The position numbers and the translations under genes are program-made. Below are positions 29,898-39,386 of a DNA stretch of 64,000 nt, piece by piece. The stretch is from an uncultured delta proteobacterium (GTDB lineage: Bacteria; Desulfobacterota; Binatia; UBA9968): NCBI GenBank assembly GCA_963816145.1, contig CAWFJP010000017.1, forward strand, positions 1-64,000, written 5' to 3'. Numbering within the stretch: position 1 is the first letter of the stretch; each line of letters starts with the position of its first letter. The notes beneath the pieces are model-generated. The model made no database searches and was not told the origin of the DNA. It saw only the letters and a program-made list of their open reading frames with translations.

Positions 29898-31037
29898 ATG
29901 TCCAAAGCCATGCAAGCGGAACGGAAAATGTGGAGCAAGTTTTACTCCTACGACGAGTGGATGGAGGCCCAAGGGATTCCCATCTACCGCGGCTATTACA
30001 TCGAAGATCTGCGGACACTGGAGTTGGGCTGGTGGAGCGCCCGCGAGTGCAACTCGGCTTTCATTCAACTGGTCGGTCAGGAAGGCGTCACTTCGGCGCG
30101 CGTCACCGAAATTCCTCCCGGTAAAAGTTTGCCGCCGCTGAAATTCGCCCTCGATGAAATCGTCTATGTTGTCGAAGGGCGCGGCCTCAGCACCATTTGG
30201 TCCGGCGAGAAACGGCCCAAGAAAACTTTCGAGTGGCAGAAGCACAGCATGTTCTTGCTGCCGCACAACTACACCCACCAGTTCACCAATATGCAGGGCG
30301 ACAAACCGGTGCGGCTGCTGCACTACAATTACATGCCGCTGACTTTGTCCGGTGTGCGCGATGTCAATTTCATCTTCGGCAATAGCTATGAAGGCGCCGA
30401 CATCCATAACGAGATGGACTTTTACTCCGAGGCCAAGATGGTCTCGCAAAACAATCTCGACGAGTCCTGGGGCCGGCGGGCTTATTGGTACGGCAACTTT
30501 TTCCCCGACATGAAAGCCTGGGACAAGCTCGACAGCAACGCCCGGCGCGGCGCCGGCGGCCGCAGCGTTTATATTCAGTTCCCCGACTCTGAAATGTCTT
30601 GCCATATGTCGGTGTTCGACGCGCGCTTATATAAGAAAGCTCATCGCCACGGGCCCGGCCGGGTCATCGTGATCCCGGTGGGCGAAGGCTACTCGATCAT
30701 GTGGGAGGAGGGCAAAGACAAAGTCGTCGTGCCCTGGCATGAAGCAAGTCTGTTCGTGCCGCCCAACAAGTGGTTCCACCAACACTTCAACGCCGGCGGC
30801 GAGCCGGCGCGTTACCTAGCACTTCACCCGCCCATGCAGTTCCACGGCCATGCGGAAAAAGTCGAAGACCGCGCCAAAGACCAGATCGAATACTGCAATG
30901 AAGACAAATGGGTGCGCGAAAAGTTCGAAGGCGAGATGGCTAAACGTAGCCTAAAATCCTTAATGCCGCCCGAAGCCTACACCGATCCGAATTTTGAGTG
31001 GAACTGGAAGCCCTTTGTCCAACAGAGCCAAAAGTAA
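29898..31037 (+). CDS. Bicupin protein (gentisate dioxygenase-like fold)
   Basis: Two cupin repeats; the C-terminal one has HRHGPG and WFHQHFN metal motifs. Confidence 0.75.
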   Translation: MSKAMQAERKMWSKFYSYDEWMEAQGIPIYRGYYIEDLRTLELGWWSARECNSAFIQLVGQEGVTSARVTEIPPGKSLPPLKFALDEIVYVVEGRGLSTIWSGEKRPKKTFEWQKHSMFLLPHNYTHQFTNMQGDKPVRLLHYNYMPLTLSGVRDVNFIFGNSYEGADIHNEMDFYSEAKMVSQNNLDESWGRRAYWYGNFFPDMKAWDKLDSNARRGAGGRSVYIQFPDSEMSCHMSVFDARLYKKAHRHGPGRVIVIPVGEGYSIMWEEGKDKVVVPWHEASLFVPPNKWFHQHFNAGGEPARYLALHPPMQFHGHAEKVEDRAKDQIEYCNEDKWVREKFEGEMAKRSLKSLMPPEAYTDPNFEWNWKPFVQQSQK

Positions 31038-31061
31038 GCTGTCGCAGTTTTTACCGCGGAA

Positions 31062-31099
31062 AACAAAAAAAGCCTCACCAAGCGTGAGGCTTTTTTGTT
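31062..31099 (+). terminator. Intrinsic terminator
   Basis: AACAAAAAAAGCCTCAC-loop-GTGAGGCTTTTTTGTT after the cupin gene. Confidence 0.85.
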
Positions 31100-31530
31100 C
31101 GCGGGCGTTCAAGATTCCAGTGGTTCCCCTGGCTATAAACTAAAGCTTTTATCCTGCTAATTCTGTTAATTTTCCAACTGAGTTGCACCGAGAGCAGTAG
31201 TGTAATCAGAAGATTTCTTTTCCAATGAAGTCGGTTACCCGATCTCGGGATGCTAGAGTTGGGAGCCGCGCTCATCGACATTTGGGGTTGACATCTTTTT
31301 TTTCATGTTCGATAAATCGTCGTGTGGTATGTCCTTCAGCTTCGTGTAACGTGCGGCTCTTCAACGGACGCGACAGCTGCGATATATTCCATTGTGTTGA
31401 AGGCGACCGACCGATTTTGGACGAACCACAAGGTTGTCGGGGACTGCCGCCGGGCGCTGTTTCGTGTTGGTTACTGCTGAGCTTTATTAATCCTAGTAAG
31501 GGCCGATGATTACTTAGAAGGGGAGGATCT

Positions 31531-32133
31531 ATGGCTTACAAACTCGAAGGCAGTCTTCTGGAAGTCTGCAATTGCGACGTGCTGTGTCCCTGCTGGGTCG
31601 GTATGGACCCCGATAATGGCACTTGCGATACGGCTTTGGCGCACCATTTCGAAAAAGGCGACATCGATGGCGTGGATGTGTCGGGCCTCACGATGGGATT
31701 CACCGCGCATGTTCCAGGAAACATCTTGCAAGGCAACTGGCGCGTCGTCGTGCACGTCGACGCGCGAGCCACGAAGGCCCAGGAAGAGGCGCTTCTCACG
31801 GTTTACACCGGCAAACAGGGCGGACCCGTCGCCGACCTCGTGAAGCTTATTGGCGAGGTGGTTGCCGTAGAACGCTCGCCGATCACGTTTCAAGTTTCGG
31901 AAGGCAAAGGAACCTTGCGCATCGGCAACGTGGCTGACTGTGAGATGGAGCCTTTTCGCGGTCCCAACGGCGCGGTGACAACGCTCCGTGATTCCATATT
32001 CACGACCATTCCCGGTTCGCCGGCGTACGTGGCCAAGGCGACGAAATACAAGATGAATAACCCTGCGCTCGGGCAAAACATCGACCTCAAGGATCATAAC
32101 GCGATTCAGGGAAAATTCATTTTCCAGAGCTAG
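31531..32133 (+). CDS. DUF1326 domain protein (Cys-rich)
   Basis: G.LLEVCNCDVLCPC..G..C, G...GVDVSGL, WRV...VD.RAT..Q..AL. Confidence 0.82.
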   Translation: MAYKLEGSLLEVCNCDVLCPCWVGMDPDNGTCDTALAHHFEKGDIDGVDVSGLTMGFTAHVPGNILQGNWRVVVHVDARATKAQEEALLTVYTGKQGGPVADLVKLIGEVVAVERSPITFQVSEGKGTLRIGNVADCEMEPFRGPNGAVTTLRDSIFTTIPGSPAYVAKATKYKMNNPALGQNIDLKDHNAIQGKFIFQS

Positions 32134-32171
32134 GTTCCCGCGCCAGGAGTAAGACAAACGCATTCGGCGGA

Positions 32172-32936
32172 TTGATGGCCGACCGTAGAGCTTTTTTAGG
32201 GTTGATGGCTTCGCTGGTTGGCCTAGCGTGGTGCGCTCTGTGGATCTGGGATCGGTCGCCGTACGGCCGCTACCTCGGGCACCAAGAAATCGGCAAGATC
32301 GATGCCGGCTATCTCCTGCTCCCGATAACGCTCTACCTGATCGGTTGGACACTGATGACAGTGGCCATGATGTTGCCGACGGCGCTGCCGCTGCTCGAAA
32401 TCTTCCGTCGCTTGACTGCGCAGCGCCAAAATCAGTTTCAGCTATTGGCCCTGGTGATCACGGGGTATCTGGGGGTCTGGCTGAGCTTCGGTATTTTTGC
32501 CCACGGCGCCGATTGGTTGCTGCACGAAATCGTCGAGCGCAGTTCCTGGCTCGAAGCGAACGCCTGGCTTATCGGCGCGGGCACGCTGATCCTCGCCGGC
32601 GGTTTTCAGTTTAGCCGCTTGAAATACCGCTGTCTGGACAAGTGCCGCGCGCCCTTGAGTTTCGTCACCGAGTACTGGCGCGGCCGCCATGAGCGGCGCA
32701 ACGCATTTTTGCTGGGCATCCATCACGGCCTATTTTGCGTCGGCTGCTGCTGGGCGTTGATGCTTTTGATGTTCGCCGTAGGGGTCGGCAATGTCGCCTG
32801 GATGTTGGTACTCGGGGCATTGATGGCCGCGGAAAAGAACCTGCCGTGGGGCCGCAAACTCAGCGCGCCGATGGGCGTCGCTCTGCTCGGGTGGGGCGGG
32901 ATTATTTTGCTCAACCGTTTGGTTCTTCCGGGTTGA
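32172..32936 (+). CDS. DUF2182 predicted metal-binding integral membrane protein
   Basis: W.LMTVAMMLP, K.RCL.KCR.P, G..CVGCCWALM, AEK. Confidence 0.85.
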   Translation: MMADRRAFLGLMASLVGLAWCALWIWDRSPYGRYLGHQEIGKIDAGYLLLPITLYLIGWTLMTVAMMLPTALPLLEIFRRLTAQRQNQFQLLALVITGYLGVWLSFGIFAHGADWLLHEIVERSSWLEANAWLIGAGTLILAGGFQFSRLKYRCLDKCRAPLSFVTEYWRGRHERRNAFLLGIHHGLFCVGCCWALMLLMFAVGVGNVAWMLVLGALMAAEKNLPWGRKLSAPMGVALLGWGGIILLNRLVLPG

Positions 32937-33002
32937 CTGTGACGAAGTTTTCACCCCGCGAGAACTACGGTTGCAAGGCCGCAGCAAACTAAGAAAGTAC
33001 CC

Positions 33003-33089
33003 ATTCACCAGGAAGGACACGAAGAGCACGAAGTTCGAAGTTTGTAATCATCCGAAACCTAGGTGTCCTTAGCGCGTTTCGTGGTGAAT
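33003..33089. repeat. CACGAAG-type palindromic intergenic repeat
   Basis: ATTCACCAGGAAGGACACGAAGAGCACGAAG ... GTGTCCTTAGCGCGTTTCGTGGTGAAT imperfect inverted repeat with 9-nt periodicity. Confidence 0.6.
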
Positions 33090-33187
33090 CAAGCAAACTG
33101 AAGTGGGCGTATTACCTGCACAAGAGCCTAGATAAACCATCATTGTTGACTGCGCCACAAGCAAAATCCAGTGCGACGTTGGCCGAC

Positions 33188-34295
33188 ATGGAACAAAAAA
33201 GCGCGAACAAATACTTTTCAACCGTTGGTGACGGTAGCGGGCTCGCTCAAACCGATGGGCTTTATAAAGAAGAGCTGCAGCTCGCGCTGCGCATCGCGCA
33301 GCCTCGGAGGCCTGCGCGATCCGATCACGCCGACGGGTCTGCACTACCTGCTGATCCATTACGACATACCTGAGGTGAACGCCGGCGAATGGCGCTTGCA
33401 AATCGCCGGCCGAGTCGCGACGCCGCTTGATCTGACTCTGGAGGAAATCAAAAAGCGGCCGCGCCGAACCATTCCGGTCACCATGGAATGCGCCGGCAAC
33501 GGCCGGGCGTTGTTCGCGCCGCGGCGCATTAGCCAACCCTGGCTGCTCGAAGCCATCGGCAATGCCGAGTGGACGGGCACACCCCTTCGAGGCATCCTGC
33601 AAGAAGCCGGCGTCAGCAGCGATGCCGTTGAGATTGTTTTCACCGGTTTGGATCAGGGTGTCGAAGGCGATCAAGTTCAACACTACCAGCGCAGTCTGAC
33701 TGTCGACGAAGCGACCAGGGACGAGGTCCTGCTGGTCTATGAAATGAACGGCGAGCCGCTGCCGCCGCAACATGGCTATCCGCTGCGCTTGTTGAAGCCG
33801 GGCTGGTACGGCATGGCGAGCGTGAAATGGCTGGATCGAATCGAGGCCGTTGCAGAGCCGTTTCAAGGCTATCAAATGGTGCGCGCCTACCGTTACGCGC
33901 AGTCGGCGGAGGAGCCGGGAGTTGCGGTCGATGTAATCAGAGCGCGCGCCCTGATGATTCCTCCCGGCATTCCGGACTTCATGACTCGCGACCGGCTGGT
34001 CGGTGCCGGCTCAGTGACTCTCGCTGGCAAAGCTTGGGCCGGGCACGGCGTCGTCGCGCGTGTCGAAGTTAGCGTCGACGGCGGCGCGACATGGTCCGAA
34101 GCCCAACTCGGCGAATCGGGATCATCCTATGCCTGGAGTTCATGGACGTTCGCATGGGATGCCACACCGGGCGCGTACATCCTTCAGGTCCGCGCGAGCG
34201 ATGCCGATGGCAATGTGCAGCCAGCCGTCCAGCAGTGGAATTTCGGCGGCTACGGCAACAATGGCGTGCAGCGCGTGAATGTCGTCGTACGGTGA
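33188..34295 (+). CDS. Sulfite oxidase family molybdoenzyme, frameshifted near 33290-33310
   Basis: ITPTGLHY, ECAGNGR Mo-ligand Cys, NGEPLP..HG.PLR...PGWYG..SVKW; N-terminus MEQK...EELQLALR is in another frame. Confidence 0.85.
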
Positions 34296-34380
34296 AATCT
34301 TTTCACCGGCGTCCGAAAGCGATGTCGGACTTGGCCAACTCTACGTAGATCTAACCGCGGGGTCGCTCATCGGGCCTCAT

Positions 34381-34427
34381 GGTGTCGCGTCTTGCAGTGC
34401 GACAAATTTGTGATGACACGACCTAGC
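34381..34427. repeat. GGGGTC/GACCCC-type hairpin repeat, copy A
   Basis: GGTGTCGCGTCTTGCAGTGCGACAAATTTGTGATGACACGACCTAGC. Confidence 0.65.
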
Positions 34428-34428
34428 G

Positions 34429-34620
34429 GTGAAATTCCGACGAAGTTTCACGCCACAACGCATGGCGGGCGAGCTCGTGCGAATGCATCCCTTAAAGACA
34501 CTCACACCGCCGGTGAAAATACCTGATTTTACGATGTGCCAAGCCTGGCACGAGATCCATCGCAACGACCCCGGCCACCGCTGGTTGCGTGAAGAGTTGA
34601 TTCGAGCAGCCAAAGAATAG
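34429..34620 (+). pseudogene. C-terminal remnant of a LysR-family regulator
   Basis: P.R.A......L....PP..IP.F.....WH.....DPGH.WLRE tail only; no HTH. Confidence 0.7.
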
Positions 34621-34680
34621 ATTTACATTGGCGAGATTCGCGGGGGGTTACGGGACCGCTAATTTACCTGTGAGGTGCAA

Positions 34681-34719
34681 GATCGCGTCTTGCAAAAGTG
34701 CGATTGCAAGACTTGGCCC
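34681..34719. repeat. GGGGTC/GACCCC-type hairpin repeat, copy B
   Basis: GATCGCGTCTTGCAAAAGTGCGATTGCAAGACTTGGCCC. Confidence 0.65.
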
Positions 34720-34735
34720 ATGTTCTTCTTTGTCT

Positions 34736-35722
34736 CTATAACGCGGGCTTCCAGCCTCGTGTCTGCAGTGTCGCCTGTGCCTTTCGTAGGATCGAGAAAT
34801 CAAATACCTTATCCGCACTGGAAACGTCCTTTGCCCCCGCCATTTTGCTGAAAAAGGCGATCATTTTTTTCTTTGTCTCCTGCGAGAGCGCCCCGTCGCT
34901 CGTCATGATCGGCCGGGAGGAATCGTAGATATTCGTCGCCATCGGCTCGTCTATTTTTAGATAACGCACCAGAACTTTGACCGCTTCGGAGCGATTGTCG
35001 CGCGCGAACAAAAACCCCATGAGCGAGGCGCGAACGAATTTTTCGACCATCACAGGCTCGCTGCGTAAAAACTCGTCGCGCGCGACGATACCACCGCTGG
35101 GCAAAACGAAGTTGTGATCTTTGAAGACCACCATGGCTCGGAACCCAGCATCCTTGGCGTTCAATGTGTATGGTGCGATAAGCATTGCGCCGTCGAAGGT
35201 GCCGCTCAATAAACTCGCCAACCGGGTCTCCGGTGCGCCGATCCCCAGCAGCGTGACATCATGGCCGGCATCGAGCCCGTTAGCAGTGAGGTACTCGCGT
35301 AAAATGACTTCGCCGATGGTGCCGATGCCAGCGACGGCGATTTTCTTACCTCGCAACGCCTTGATCCCTTGGATCTCGGGTTTAACGAAGAGTTCATGTT
35401 GCGGCTTGTCGAAGGGCACGAAGAGCAGTTTCAACGGCGCGCCGCGCAGCGCCGTGGTCAGGCCCGCAAGCGGCACCGCTGAGAACTCCACGCTTCCACT
35501 CAGCACGGCTAGATTCGCCGTCGGCGCCCGCGTCGCGAGCAAGTCGACATCCAAACCCTCAGCTGCGTAGTAACCGTTTAACTTCGCGGCAAAAAAAGGC
35601 AGCATCGATACGGTGTAGCCGGGAGTCGCTACACGGATCTTTTTCACTTGCGCTTGTGCGCCGCTGATGAAAAGCGTCGCGACAAAGAAGAGGCAAGCGG
35701 CGGAGGTAACTTGTTTATTCAC
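34736..35722 (-). CDS. ABC-type substrate-binding protein (NMT1/SsuA-like)
   Basis: Signal peptide, GYY..EGLDV, LRGKKIAV; start approximate (GTG). Confidence 0.85.
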   Translation of the reverse strand: MNKQVTSAACLFFVATLFISGAQAQVKKIRVATPGYTVSMLPFFAAKLNGYYAAEGLDVDLLATRAPTANLAVLSGSVEFSAVPLAGLTTALRGAPLKLLFVPFDKPQHELFVKPEIQGIKALRGKKIAVAGIGTIGEVILREYLTANGLDAGHDVTLLGIGAPETRLASLLSGTFDGAMLIAPYTLNAKDAGFRAMVVFKDHNFVLPSGGIVARDEFLRSEPVMVEKFVRASLMGFLFARDNRSEAVKVLVRYLKIDEPMATNIYDSSRPIMTSDGALSQETKKKMIAFFSKMAGAKDVSSADKVFDFSILRKAQATLQTRGWKPAL

Positions 35723-35963
35723 GATGTGGTTGCGCCGAACAAACATTTGCCACCAACCCATGATCCCATTGTTTATCATATGTAAGAGACAGTGTTTTCG
35801 CAGCATCATATTGACAACTTGATGCGGCCATCCTTGAACAAGAACAAAATGCAACGACCGCTACGAAATTTGTCGGCGCCACAATAGTTGCTGATGTCCT
35901 GGAAAAACTGAGGATTTGTCCATTTAGACAACAGTGACCTTTAGATCGCTCAGACTTATCCTT

Positions 35964-36980
35964 TTATTTTTCGTAAAGCCGCTTGACGAACCCGCTCGCT
36001 TCGATCTCCCTGGCGATCTTGAACGAAACGAATTGTTCGGGATCGGCGTTCTTTGCCGCCGGCACCGTGCTTGAAAGTTCCGTCAGGATCTCGCGAATCC
36101 CCTCGATTGTCGGAATCGGTAAGGCCAGATACTTGCTCGCGATATTGCTGTAGCTGTCTTCCAGCACCTCGCGGTCGTCGTTGCGGGTATATTTTTTCAG
36201 CACCGCCAGCGCCGCTTCTTTGTTGCGTTTGAAATCATGGATCGCTTCGATGTAGGCAACCATGAAGCCTTTCACCACCCCTTCGTTTTTTTGCAGATAA
36301 GATTTGGTCGTGCCGATGGCCGACGTCGGATAGTGCAGCCCCAGGTCGGCGAGATCCCCCAGCTCGCGAAAGCCCGCTTTGCGGGCGATCAGCGACGAGA
36401 TGCCGCTCATCACCCCGGCGTCGAGCATTCTAGTCTGCATGGCGCGGACCGTGTCCTGCGACGTACCGAATTGCAAAATATTGACGTCGCGCTCGGGATT
36501 CAGGCCCCATTTTTTTAGCGCCAGCCGCACGGCGAAATCTGACGTGGCGCCGTAGCGGCTGACGCCCAATTTTTTGCCTTTGAGTTGCAGTGGGCTGGAG
36601 ATTTCCGGCGCGCTGAAGATTTTGAAAACAAATCCGTTGATGAGAGCGGCAATTAGAATCGTGTCGGCGCCCTGCAACGCGGCTTGCACCAAGCCGGAAC
36701 CGGAGAGCGAGGCAATTTCCAGATCCCTGGCGATCAGTGCCCGCAATGACACCGATCCGGTGCCCATGCCGACCAGCACCACATCGAGTCCGTGCTTTTC
36801 GAATAGTTTGGTTTCTTTGGCAAACCCCAATACCGCGACGCCACCGTCGGTAGAACCATAGCCGGCCATGACTTTGATGAGCGGTTTGGCCTGCCCCGCC
36901 AACGCGTTTGGAGCATGAAGATCAAGAAAAACAGCTACCATCCCCGCAATCAACAGCTGGACGCTACCGTGATTTTTCAT
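35964..36980 (-). CDS. ABC-type substrate-binding protein (NMT1/SsuA-like)
   Basis: Signal peptide, LFEKHGLDV, LKGKKLGVSRYG; GGAGGT RBS. Confidence 0.87.
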   Translation of the reverse strand: MKNHGSVQLLIAGMVAVFLDLHAPNALAGQAKPLIKVMAGYGSTDGGVAVLGFAKETKLFEKHGLDVVLVGMGTGSVSLRALIARDLEIASLSGSGLVQAALQGADTILIAALINGFVFKIFSAPEISSPLQLKGKKLGVSRYGATSDFAVRLALKKWGLNPERDVNILQFGTSQDTVRAMQTRMLDAGVMSGISSLIARKAGFRELGDLADLGLHYPTSAIGTTKSYLQKNEGVVKGFMVAYIEAIHDFKRNKEAALAVLKKYTRNDDREVLEDSYSNIASKYLALPIPTIEGIREILTELSSTVPAAKNADPEQFVSFKIAREIEASGFVKRLYEK

Positions 36981-37104
36981 GACACGACCTCCATCAGGAC
37001 AGCGTCCCAAGAAGTTTGCCGTAACCCTTGATAGCCGCCTTTATCCTAGAGACCGTTAGCGGCCACCAGATTTGGGTTACCGATGTTTTCAAGTCCAGCG
37101 AAAA

Positions 37105-38157
37105 TCATCTGCGGGCAAACTCTGAGACAAGCTTCTTCCATTTATCCATCATCTGATCGTATTGAGCAGTTGTTACACCTTCCTCTGGATACCAGCGTTT
37201 GAACCCATAGTCCTTCAAAGGACTGCCATGTTTGAAAGTCTCTATGAGCATTTTCTGCCCATCCGGACTGAGGAAAAAATCAACCAGCAATAACGCGCCG
37301 TGCGGATGCTGGGCATGAGCAAAGACAGCGACTCCGCCCGCGATGGCGGCGACCAGATCCATGGGGACCCATGCGACGGGCGCGCCTTTATCCACCGCGT
37401 GACCAATGTTGCTGTGTATAGCCGTGAACGATATTGGCACCTCTCCCGAAACGATCAATTCATTGAAGCCAGGACCATTGACGCCATGGACTGTGACCTC
37501 CTGTTCTTTTAGCCTTTTTATATAACTCTCACCCTTGGATTTGATCATGGCACCGATGAACCGAGCCGCAACGTCGTCATTACTGATCGACATTTTTCCT
37601 TTCAGCGCGGGCTTCAGCAGGTCATCGAGGTTTTTAGGCACCTCGGCCGCGGGCAGAACATTCTTGTTGTAGCCAACCCCGATATAAGATTCCCTGTCGG
37701 TGGTCCAAAAAACCAAACCGCGGGGCGCCTTTTGCTTAGCGGCGTCGGGATAGGCCGAGAGATACGGCGACGTGTACGGTAGCAGCAGGTCGTCGTCACG
37801 CAGCACCATCAACCCTGGCGGCGAAGTTTCGATCACATCGCCAAGATAACGCTTCGCCCGCGCCTCGGCCAAAACTCGGGGCGCCAATTGCGTGCCGCTC
37901 GCTCTGTATGTCTCCACGGTTACGCCCGGATATTTTGCCTCAAAAATCTTGACGATCTCCTTGTTCGCAATCAACGACGTGTACCATAAAAATTTGCCCT
38001 CCTTTTTCGCTCCCTCGTAAAGCAAACGCTCCCGGTCCGAGCCGGTGTATTTAGCCAAATCTCCTGGAAGCGTCGGCTTAGCGCCTTGACTCCAGGCGCT
38101 TCCTAGAAGACTCAGAAGAAAAACAGTTGCGGCGAAACAGGTTTTTCGCGTGGACAT
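37105..38157 (-). CDS. Extracellular solute-binding protein (AfuA/Fe3+-type family)
   Basis: GAKKEGK..WYTS, FEAKYPG, YNKN, DLL.P.LKGK, HP..A.L.VDF.LS.DGQ. Confidence 0.85.
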   Translation of the reverse strand: MSTRKTCFAATVFLLSLLGSAWSQGAKPTLPGDLAKYTGSDRERLLYEGAKKEGKFLWYTSLIANKEIVKIFEAKYPGVTVETYRASGTQLAPRVLAEARAKRYLGDVIETSPPGLMVLRDDDLLLPYTSPYLSAYPDAAKQKAPRGLVFWTTDRESYIGVGYNKNVLPAAEVPKNLDDLLKPALKGKMSISNDDVAARFIGAMIKSKGESYIKRLKEQEVTVHGVNGPGFNELIVSGEVPISFTAIHSNIGHAVDKGAPVAWVPMDLVAAIAGGVAVFAHAQHPHGALLLVDFFLSPDGQKMLIETFKHGSPLKDYGFKRWYPEEGVTTAQYDQMMDKWKKLVSEFARR

Positions 38158-38318
38158 CTAGAGACCTCCTCGGCGAGCGTTTGTTTTGTACGTTCTTAGC
38201 TGCAACAAACGAGGAAAGTCAATGCGAGATAACCACGAATACCTATCGATCCATTCGCCAGTGACTTCTGACTTGACGTAAGTTCGGGCGATCGGATATC
38301 GTCGCCCTCGACATTCCT

Positions 38319-39326
38319 ATGAAGACGATAGCTTTTTTTCTACTGATCGCCGCCTTCATTGCTGTGGGTTTTCTTCGCGCCTCCAGCGCAGCAATTCGGG
38401 AAGATTTCATCGAAGCGGCCAGAAACGAGCGCGAGGTGGTCCTTTCCACGACTATTAATTTGGCAGAGGCCGGCTCGATGGCCCGTCAGTTCAAAGCAAA
38501 GTATCCGTTCCTCGAAGTAAACATAATCCGCGCGGAAGGCGAAAGGATCGTTACCCGAATCCTGCAAGAAGCGCGCGCGAAGAAAACCATTGTGGATGTG
38601 ATTCAAACGCCGGCGTTTTACCTCCACGCGCTGAGAAAGAGGGGAATCATCGGCGAGTACACCCCGGTAGACGACCGCTTTTATCCGCGCAATTTCAAAG
38701 AAGAGAAGGTTTGGACGACGACTTATTACAATCCATATGTCGTTCTTTACAACACGAAGCTGATCGCGGCTCAAAATCTGCCTAAGCGCTACGATGACCT
38801 GCTGGGTCCGTTCTGGAAAAACAAAATGATTTTGGAAAAAGACAAAATCGATTGGTTTACGGCGATGCTGCAAATTATGGGAAGGGAAAAAGGTGTCCGC
38901 TATATGCGCGAGCTGTCCAAGCAAACTCCTATGCTGCGGATCGGACAGGAGCTGATAACCCAATTGGTCGCCGCCGGCGAGGCTTCACTGCAGGTCAACA
39001 GTAACGCCGTGACGGTCAACCGGCTAAAACAGAAAGGCGCGCCGATCGATTGGGTTGCCCCTGGGCCGTTACCTGGCCTGATGGTCGGAGTCGGGCTTAC
39101 GGCTCAAGCACCGCACCCTAGCGCGGCCAGGCTGTTTGTCGATTTCCTGCTCTCGAAAGAAGGGCAGCAACTGTATCAAAGCGCCGGACGATTGGTCGCG
39201 AGATCCGACCTGCCACAAGATGAAAACATGAAAGTCAGGGGCGCGCAGATTGTGCCGGTCGATCCCGCTTGGGCGGAAAACTTCGACGAAGACTCCAAGC
39301 TGATGAAAGAAATTTTTGCTAACTAG
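38319..39326 (+). CDS. Extracellular solute-binding protein (AfuA/Fe3+-type family)
   Basis: F..KYPF, YNTK, DLL.P.WK, APHP.AARLFVDFLLS.EGQ. Confidence 0.85.
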   Translation: MKTIAFFLLIAAFIAVGFLRASSAAIREDFIEAARNEREVVLSTTINLAEAGSMARQFKAKYPFLEVNIIRAEGERIVTRILQEARAKKTIVDVIQTPAFYLHALRKRGIIGEYTPVDDRFYPRNFKEEKVWTTTYYNPYVVLYNTKLIAAQNLPKRYDDLLGPFWKNKMILEKDKIDWFTAMLQIMGREKGVRYMRELSKQTPMLRIGQELITQLVAAGEASLQVNSNAVTVNRLKQKGAPIDWVAPGPLPGLMVGVGLTAQAPHPSAARLFVDFLLSKEGQQLYQSAGRLVARSDLPQDENMKVRGAQIVPVDPAWAENFDEDSKLMKEIFAN

Positions 39327-39386
39327 CATCGAAACGAACGCCAGTCCTACGCTTAAAGAAAGTGCAAACAGCGAAAGAGGTTAAAC

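Noticed and set aside
33280-33320. Programmed frameshift or selenocysteine recoding in the sulfite oxidase-family gene
   Set aside because: No slippery heptamer or in-frame TGA; the pattern fits several dropped bases.
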